From a virus (lineage: Duplodnaviria; Heunggongvirae; Uroviricota; Caudoviricetes), in the IMG/VR virus record IMGVR_UViG_3300021400_002728, positions 293,154 through 357,153 of that record: 64,000 nucleotides of DNA; one strand, written 5' to 3'. Made by a program: the position numbers and the translations under genes. The notes below the pieces were generated by a model. The model saw only the letters and a program-made list of their open reading frames with translations. It was not told where the DNA came from and searched no databases. The stretch's first letter is position 1. The number at the start of each line of letters is the position of its first letter. This document shows positions 58,401-64,000 of this stretch, piece after piece.

Positions 58401-61400
58401 TTGTGTGTTCTCCGGTTTCAGCATCAACAGCAGTAGTATGAAGGTCAGGTACAGTTACCTGCTGCTCTACGTTAGTAAAGTCATCCTCAATGAGAACTTC
58501 ATGTCCTTCTGTATCAAATTCACCGAAGTACAGTCTTTCTTCGAACATGATGGTCTTACCCTTGTACTTAGTTGCATCAATAGTGAGATCGATGTCTACG
58601 AGGATAGGCTTGTCATCAGTACCAAGAAGTAACTGAGTAAAGTCTGTTCCGTTTCCATCAGGATACTGCTTGAAGAAAGCTTCTCCACTATTCTCTACGC
58701 CATTGATTGTAGTAACATAAGGAGTAATTACCTTACCATCAGCGTCACGTTTAACGTCAACAATAACTTTCTTTGTAGCTGTGAACTGCTTACCATCTGC
58801 ATCGACAATAGGCTCACCAGTTTCACCATCTACAGCAGCAATTCTTAATGTAAATGTGCTAGGAATGATGTCAGTAATAGTATTGTCTGTGTCTTTAAGA
58901 TTACTCTTAATAACAGTATCAAGTCCTACGTTCTTAATCTCAACAGTATCAGTTATAGTCTGGTTAGGAGCTGCCTGAATCTGTCTATCCTTTGCATTTA
59001 CTGCTGCTTCTGCTGCAGGATCTGCAACTGTAGAAACTACAGTGGTTCTGAATGTAGGAAGGTGCACAGTCTGTCTCTCATCATAGATGTTGTTGTGAAC
59101 AGCATACTTAAATTCAGTATTATCACCTTTAGTCATAGACTCGAAGCATACCCATGAAGGATCACTCTCCCAATCCAGTGCAGTTAATACCTGCTTAAAT
59201 GTAATAGGAATCTCAATTGTACCATAAGCTCTGCCTGTTACAGGATCAATTGTTGAGTTGTTTGCATCTGGAGTAATTGTTCCAGTTGCTACTACAGGAT
59301 TTCCTTCAGCGTCAAGTACAGGCTGTTTGGTCTCCTGATCCATAAGCTCAGCAGTGAATACCCAAGGCTCACCTACTTTAAGATTCTTAAATGTTACAGT
59401 ATCGTATACAGTTACATCTGCATACTCTCTAGATACAACCTTGTAATTAGTTCCTTCATGTCTATTAACAAGATGTGTTTCAATTTCAGGAATAGAAACT
59501 GTCTGCATCATATCGTTAAGATCTTCATGAAGTGCAATAAGTACTTCGGTAGTACCATCATCGTTGAGATAGTAGTTATCATTTGTTATAGTATCATATC
59601 TGATCTGTTTTGCACAGTGATGATGATTACGTCTCTCATGATATTTAGATTCATCATAAGAAGTGAATGTTTCTCCACACTGTACACAAGTGTATACTGT
59701 ATGTCTAGCATCCATTTCTGATCCAGGACCAGGAACGTATTTACCATCTGCATGTACGCCAGCATGACCAGGAAGTTCCATATAAACTCTTTCGCATACT
59801 ACAAGATCACGATTAGCGTACTGTCCAGAGTCTATAATGTTGTACTGCATTTCTAAACTACCTTCAGTATCAGTTAAGCTGAAGTTTTTAGTCTCATGAG
59901 CTACATAAGGAGTATCAAGACCGTTGTTTTTATCAACGACTCTATTACCCTCTTCATCGTAACCAACAAGATATACATAACCTTCAACTCTGACATCGAT
60001 AGCTTCTGCAAGGTTACTATAGTCAATTCTATCTCTAAGTATTGCATCATTCTTAATCAAGTTACCATCGAGATCCCAAGATCTACCATTAGGAAGAATG
60101 CCTTCTTCTCCATCTTCTGACATAGCAGTAGTGTCGATCTGAATCCATCTAATGTTCTCTTCTTCTTCATCTAAGTCGAAGTTGTGACAAGTAATTACAG
60201 GACCACTTGCATCATATAAGTAAGTCTTTATGTAAACAGTCTCAGCGTCGTTAGGCATGTTAGGAATAATCCAATCCATTATACCAAGATCGCTAAATGT
60301 AATCTCACCGTCACAAGGTCCCTCAAGTGAGTGCTGTAAGATAGTATTTGCACCATTGTTTTCGTAAACAATATCAGTACCATATACTACATGATCAAGA
60401 TCTTTGTCAATGAGAATTGCAACAAGACCAGTTGAACAATCATGTCCATAAATGTCTTTTACAACTGTATCATTACCATTTTCATCAACATAAGTAAGTT
60501 TTGCTGTAAATCTATAGTTATGTCCATCTCCAAGATTGCTATAAACAATCTTATCATCAATAAGAGTATAACCTACGATTTCACCATCAGCATTATAAAC
60601 AAGGTTTCCAGTGTTTTCTGCATTATTAACGAGAGGCATTCCTTCTTCGCCATAAGCGTATCCACCGATACCTGCAACTCTTGTACGAGTAGTTTTGTCT
60701 GTTGACTCAGTTGAAAACTTAATAACTCCTACATACTGAGACTTTTCATCTAAGTACTGGTTATGCTGTTTTAATAAGCTCCAACCCTGTGTACCCATAC
60801 TCTTATAAAGATCAACTGCAAATACAAGTTTCTCGCCTTCCTGCATCATAGATGTATCAAGATTGAAATCCTGAATAATGCTTAAGTTGTAAAGAGTATC
60901 AATACGGTTGTAAGTAGGATCATGCTGAGGAGCATATTCCTGCGTAAAGTTACCATCAGCATCACGGAATAATACGTAATTATTGTCAACAACTGTGAAT
61001 GAACCATGTTCAGTGACAAATGTACCAGGCATTACACTTTCAAATGTTGTGTTTGCGTTTCTAATAGTATTATAGGTTCTTCCACCTTCAGTATGAGTAT
61101 CACCAGTAAAGTCAAGTGTACACATATCAGAAGTATAAATCTTCTCTATAGGATTACCATCTTCATCGCATCTCCAGATATAAGTTATATATCCGTATCT
61201 CTGAGTAGTAGTAAGACCACCAAAGGTAACTGTATCACGAAGTAAGCCATCAGAATCAGGAATAGTAGAGTTAGTCTCTGTTATCGCATCGATAGCTTCT
61301 GATTCAATTGTAAGAGGTACGTCTACACCGATATCCCAGTCGTCAAGATAGAATACAGGATTAGGATTATCATGAATTACTCTAAGAGTAGAACTGATCA

Positions 61401-64000
61401 TATCATAATCTTCTGTGTTCCACATAATGGTTCTAACCTGACCATTACCAAGATTTATTTCTTCCTGAGCACCTTCGCCATTCTTAGGATATCCGTATTC
61501 TGTAACACGAGGAATCTCCTGAATTACGTAAGTACCGGCAAGTAAAGCACCTCTTTTATTAGTAAGATATTTACTGTTAGGCTGTTCAAGGGCAAGCTCA
61601 CCAAACCAAATATTACCGGTTGTAGCGTTCTTAAGATCTTCCTTAGTACCTGTCCAAACTAACTTATTAAGAGTTGTATCAAATGTTACATAACTATCAT
61701 ACTGATTTACATTATTAACAGTCTTAGGACGTGCATCCCAGTTTCTAGAATCAAATGTTGAATCGAAATCAAGAACCATTACGTGCTGTTCAATTACATT
61801 ATAACTACCATCTGCGTTCTGAATAGGATCACCGTTCTCGTCAGATTCCACAAGAGAAACTAACCAAGGAACATATGCCATAAGTCTACCATCAAGGTTA
61901 ACTTTCTGCATTCTGAAGTCACCACGAATAGGTAAGTCACTCCAAGTAAACTGAAATTCCTGAGGAACATAGGTAGGACCATACTGCTTATTAGTAGTTA
62001 ATCCATTATAACCACGAATTGTTCTATCATCTTCTGTATGAGTTTTATAAGCTGAACCAATTTGATGTTTCCACTCAGGCTGAACAACAAAGTAATTAGC
62101 AATGTTTTCATTCCAAGTGTACCATTCATTAGCTCTATCATCGTTACCAAAGTATTGACCTTCCTGACCAGCAATACCGTTTACAGCAGTACCAGCTTCC
62201 TTAGCCTGGCAATCTTTAGTCCAATCTTTATATGCAGCCATAGCTTGGTCATTCCATACAAAGTGAGGCTGAATACTATTACCATAGCATTCTTTCTCGA
62301 TGAGCTGACCATTATTATCTGCGATATTGATTGTTCTAACCTGTGTATTATAAGACTGATTAATACGAAGCTCATATACTTCATAAGTACCATAAGGCAA
62401 ATGCTCGATGAAACATTCACCATTCTCATCAGTTTCGAGAACTGCAATTACTTCATTAGGTGCAAAATATCTATCCTCAGCATTAGCAAGATCTTCTGTA
62501 TAAGGATAGCATACAGACCAATAAGATCTATTTACGATAGCAAACTGAACATGATTAAGTTTATTAGAACCTTGGTTATGACCTGTAATCTTAGTCTCAT
62601 CATCAATCTTACGAATTCTGATATTACCATAGACTGTTTCATTATCCCAAGTATCTTCACCATTATCATCTACAGTGTATAAATCACCCATAGCAATAAG
62701 TTCACCAGCAGTAGCAGTTCCTGCACCACCATTTGATACATTACCACCATTGTGATCATCGCTACCTGTACCTGTATCATGAAGTGTGTAGTAGAAGTAA
62801 ATGTCACCTCTATAAAGCATAGAAGGATTTCCATTTACAGCTGTACGTATTGAATTAAGCTGGCTATTTGTTCTGTAGTTAGCAAAACAGCTTGTACCAA
62901 GCTTAGTTGAAGTATCATAGTTTTCGCCAACCTGGATAGTAGCATCAGATCTTAACTCACGAATCTCATATTGACCGTAAGGAAGACCATAGAGTGATAC
63001 GTATCCCTGCTCATAACCCTTAGTTAACTCATCTGTAGCAACATTAGACTTCTGATGTGAAGTTAAAATAGCAACTACACAACCAGGATTAATTGCTACA
63101 TTATCTCTGATTTCAACATAAGGCTGATCAGAAGTAGGCATTAACTGTGTATACTTATTGAACATCTTAACCTGGTCATCAGATCTGTTAATTACAACGA
63201 ATCTAATATCATTCCAAGTTGAATCGCCCTGAGGATGATCTGTAGTAAAGTGATATACACTATCTCTCTTCCAGAATGAAAAACCGTCACGATATACATC
63301 GTCAGTATAACGACTTGTACCAGTATTATACGGATCATTATGAATAGCTAATGCACTAGAAACAGTATTATGAGGAGTTGAATGATTGATATCAGTTAAA
63401 TCATAAGTAATAGAAATGTTATTCCAATAGAAGGAATCATTTGCGTAAATACTTGTACCTTTATTTACTGAATTCCAATTCTGACCAACGCTAATTTCAG
63501 CATCACGTCTTAACTCAACAACTTCATATGTACCATAAGGAAGACCATAGATAGCAAAATAACCATCTACTTTCGCTCCAGTATGTGTACCAGCTGTAAC
63601 TGTGCTAGGTCCATTATGAGTAGTAAGAATTGCAACTACTTCGCCAGGAGCGATTCTTGCATTCGCATTACCAGTACCAATACCAGCAATTGAAGTACCA
63701 CCAGGAATGAACTGTACGTTAGGAACGTTAAGTACAGTATTAGTAGCATTCCAATTAGGATCAACCTGTGATAACTGATTAATATCAGACTGAAGAATTT
63801 CAACTTCATATGCTGATCTATTGATAACTGCAAATCTAATACCGTTAGCATTAGAGTCACCTTCAGTTACCTGTAAGTAATCTTCATCTAACTTATAACC
63901 CTGGAAACCATCTACAAATGCTTTGTTCTCTGCAATATGATCAGGATTTGAAGTAGGTGTATTATAATTCCAAGTAAAGTGACTCATACTTGAGCTACTA
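55441..64000 (-). CDS. Giant cell-wall-anchored adhesin (SpaA-like and VaFE/TQ repeats, PPKTG sorting signal); 5' end lies beyond the window
   Basis: Repeated LPYGxYEVxELR and VxFE...HxDxxDxxQT units; PPKTGD-TM-RRKK; frame open to the right edge. Confidence 0.88.
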   Translation of the reverse strand, partial: SSSSMSHFTWNYNTPTSNPDHIAENKAFVDGFQGYKLDEDYLQVTEGDSNANGIRFAVINRSAYEVEILQSDINQLSQVDPNWNATNTVLNVPNVQFIPGGTSIAGIGTGNANARIAPGEVVAILTTHNGPSTVTAGTHTGAKVDGYFAIYGLPYGTYEVVELRRDAEISVGQNWNSVNKGTSIYANDSFYWNNISITYDLTDINHSTPHNTVSSALAIHNDPYNTGTSRYTDDVYRDGFSFWKRDSVYHFTTDHPQGDSTWNDIRFVVINRSDDQVKMFNKYTQLMPTSDQPYVEIRDNVAINPGCVVAILTSHQKSNVATDELTKGYEQGYVSLYGLPYGQYEIRELRSDATIQVGENYDTSTKLGTSCFANYRTNSQLNSIRTAVNGNPSMLYRGDIYFYYTLHDTGTGSDDHNGGNVSNGGAGTATAGELIAMGDLYTVDDNGEDTWDNETVYGNIRIRKIDDETKITGHNQGSNKLNHVQFAIVNRSYWSVCYPYTEDLANAEDRYFAPNEVIAVLETDENGECFIEHLPYGTYEVYELRINQSYNTQVRTINIADNNGQLIEKECYGNSIQPHFVWNDQAMAAYKDWTKDCQAKEAGTAVNGIAGQEGQYFGNDDRANEWYTWNENIANYFVVQPEWKHQIGSAYKTHTEDDRTIRGYNGLTTNKQYGPTYVPQEFQFTWSDLPIRGDFRMQKVNLDGRLMAYVPWLVSLVESDENGDPIQNADGSYNVIEQHVMVLDFDSTFDSRNWDARPKTVNNVNQYDSYVTFDTTLNKLVWTGTKEDLKNATTGNIWFGELALEQPNSKYLTNKRGALLAGTYVIQEIPRVTEYGYPKNGEGAQEEINLGNGQVRTIMWNTEDYDMISSTLRVIHDNPNPVFYLDDWDIGVDVPLTIESEAIDAITETNSTIPDSDGLLRDTVTFGGLTTTQRYGYITYIWRCDEDGNPIEKIYTSDMCTLDFTGDTHTEGGRTYNTIRNANTTFESVMPGTFVTEHGSFTVVDNNYVLFRDADGNFTQEYAPQHDPTYNRIDTLYNLSIIQDFNLDTSMMQEGEKLVFAVDLYKSMGTQGWSLLKQHNQYLDEKSQYVGVIKFSTESTDKTTRTRVAGIGGYAYGEEGMPLVNNAENTGNLVYNADGEIVGYTLIDDKIVYSNLGDGHNYRFTAKLTYVDENGNDTVVKDIYGHDCSTGLVAILIDKDLDHVVYGTDIVYENNGANTILQHSLEGPCDGEITFSDLGIMDWIIPNMPNDAETVYIKTYLYDASGPVITCHNFDLDEEEENIRWIQIDTTAMSEDGEEGILPNGRSWDLDGNLIKNDAILRDRIDYSNLAEAIDVRVEGYVYLVGYDEEGNRVVDKNNGLDTPYVAHETKNFSLTDTEGSLEMQYNIIDSGQYANRDLVVCERVYMELPGHAGVHADGKYVPGPGSEMDARHTVYTCVQCGETFTSYDESKYHERRNHHHCAKQIRYDTITNDNYYLNDDGTTEVLIALHEDLNDMMQTVSIPEIETHLVNRHEGTNYKVVSREYADVTVYDTVTFKNLKVGEPWVFTAELMDQETKQPVLDAEGNPVVATGTITPDANNSTIDPVTGRAYGTIEIPITFKQVLTALDWESDPSWVCFESMTKGDNTEFKYAVHNNIYDERQTVHLPTFRTTVVSTVADPAAEAAVNAKDRQIQAAPNQTITDTVEIKNVGLDTVIKSNLKDTDNTITDIIPSTFTLRIAAVDGETGEPIVDADGKQFTATKKVIVDVKRDADGKVITPYVTTINGVENSGEAFFKQYPDGNGTDFTQLLLGTDDKPILVDIDLTIDATKYKGKTIMFEERLYFGEFDTEGHEVLIEDDFTNVEQQVTVPDLHTTAVDAETGEHTITISGNNATGDDWYLHAEDPSTYDWKIKDTVSMNKITPNTDYTLVTIVINKDTGKPVVNLADGSKFIQYTPYKSPASVATGAAVEYKCECGKDGCVGIIAVDDEFDIELNLNKTDARNGGTFVVYEYMLLGTNNTYVPDETVAVPNDCYAYHNDINDAEQTIVIPEIHTEFLESHTEIHVVPLEEDTTVTDYVHYTGLVPGKKYIMQCVLMDKSTGEPYHLTNESEDTLELITQDVPFTASDTGEGDVEVSFTIPADQLHDFDHNLDKDHLNINRTVTDTGTAPEVDDDGNPVVEPTDVSGNDDTRVITNEYTEEEARTERGISDEEKINVTKSTQIIAFERCISDEEPSHVYAIHADIEDEKQTILIPRIFTHLIDTVIGDHVSRWNTKETITDTVTFVSLQADKEYTIKGYLVNVDTGEPILDKDGNRITATKTFIPKDLPDTQVTISDGKLIASGNVDLVFTFDSTALKGTHVVAFEDCYYNEIKVATHSEIDDQWQWTFVPEIGTTANGYVRAIENKGIEYREKVVPYGETVQIVDVVEYNKLLPGVWYDMSGIVMDKETGKALEIDGKTVTAVTRFLPAESSGKVEVIFTLDTTGLEGKTLVVFEECLYVGAKKDGTPNKEAVAKHEDISDEDQTIYIPKVRTTVKDEDGNTQVFLDGTQTQTIIDTVSYEHLVPGKKYTVTGTLVFKREYGEDEEYEYVKDAEGNKITASAEITPTEENSTIGEDGLASGTVNVTFKFNAGLVAGRKVVVFEDMYLNNVRVATHSDINDEKQTFDTSMKLHVKLVKSDFDNHVYVLRNAEITIFTDENCTQIAKDINGNDCVGKTNENGEVEFIIITYDENQIFYAKETKAPFGYKICNTVIPIKGSPYYGASEDKTDYTEDTSLKESDGICAINLKMFDKIIIIPPKTGDNLPILPITILSLLGVLCIGAFFATRRKKTVTDNDSTDNVDEDVEEDVMEAMTSMMTEEIDGDGHNDSGF

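Noticed and set aside
208-62682. Plus-strand ORFs in the track (e.g. 39824-40612, 62062-62682, 21883-22446)
   Set aside because: Antisense shadows of well-supported minus-strand genes, with no recognisable motifs
1-64000. tRNA, rRNA or virion structural genes
   Set aside because: None recognisable by eye; intergenic spaces are short and accounted for by promoters and terminators

Overview
AT-rich 64-kb window in which essentially every credible gene lies on the minus strand. It looks like part of a very large mobile element of a Firmicutes (Clostridia/Lachnospiraceae-like) host. It combines jumbo-phage-style cargo (thyX, nrdD with a group I intron, nrdG, CCA-adding enzyme, WGR-PARP, SPFH, several free-standing homing-type endonucleases, about 30 small hypothetical genes) with a Gram-positive conjugation-like region (VirD4-like ATPase, Replic_Relax-like protein, signal peptidase I, VirB6-like, TcpC/VirB8-like and C39-like proteins, and a giant sortase-type adhesin). 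No virion genes, tRNAs or CRISPR arrays were seen. The most unusual signal is a dispersed intein system. Two FtsK/TcpA-like membrane ATPase genes (3784-4575 and 25515-26807) stop inside their Walker A loop and end in 15-16-aa intein N-terminal peptides. One of them also holds a complete Pro-start/Gln-end intein in the same P-loop. A separate stand-alone ORF (9553-10143) encodes an intein core lacking both block A and block G. Together these suggest a natural three-piece trans-splicing intein whose C-terminal piece and C-exteins lie outside the window. A homing-type endonuclease downstream of nrdD also ends in a synonymously recoded duplicate of the NrdD C-terminus. All family assignments are by motif recognition by eye; no searches were run.
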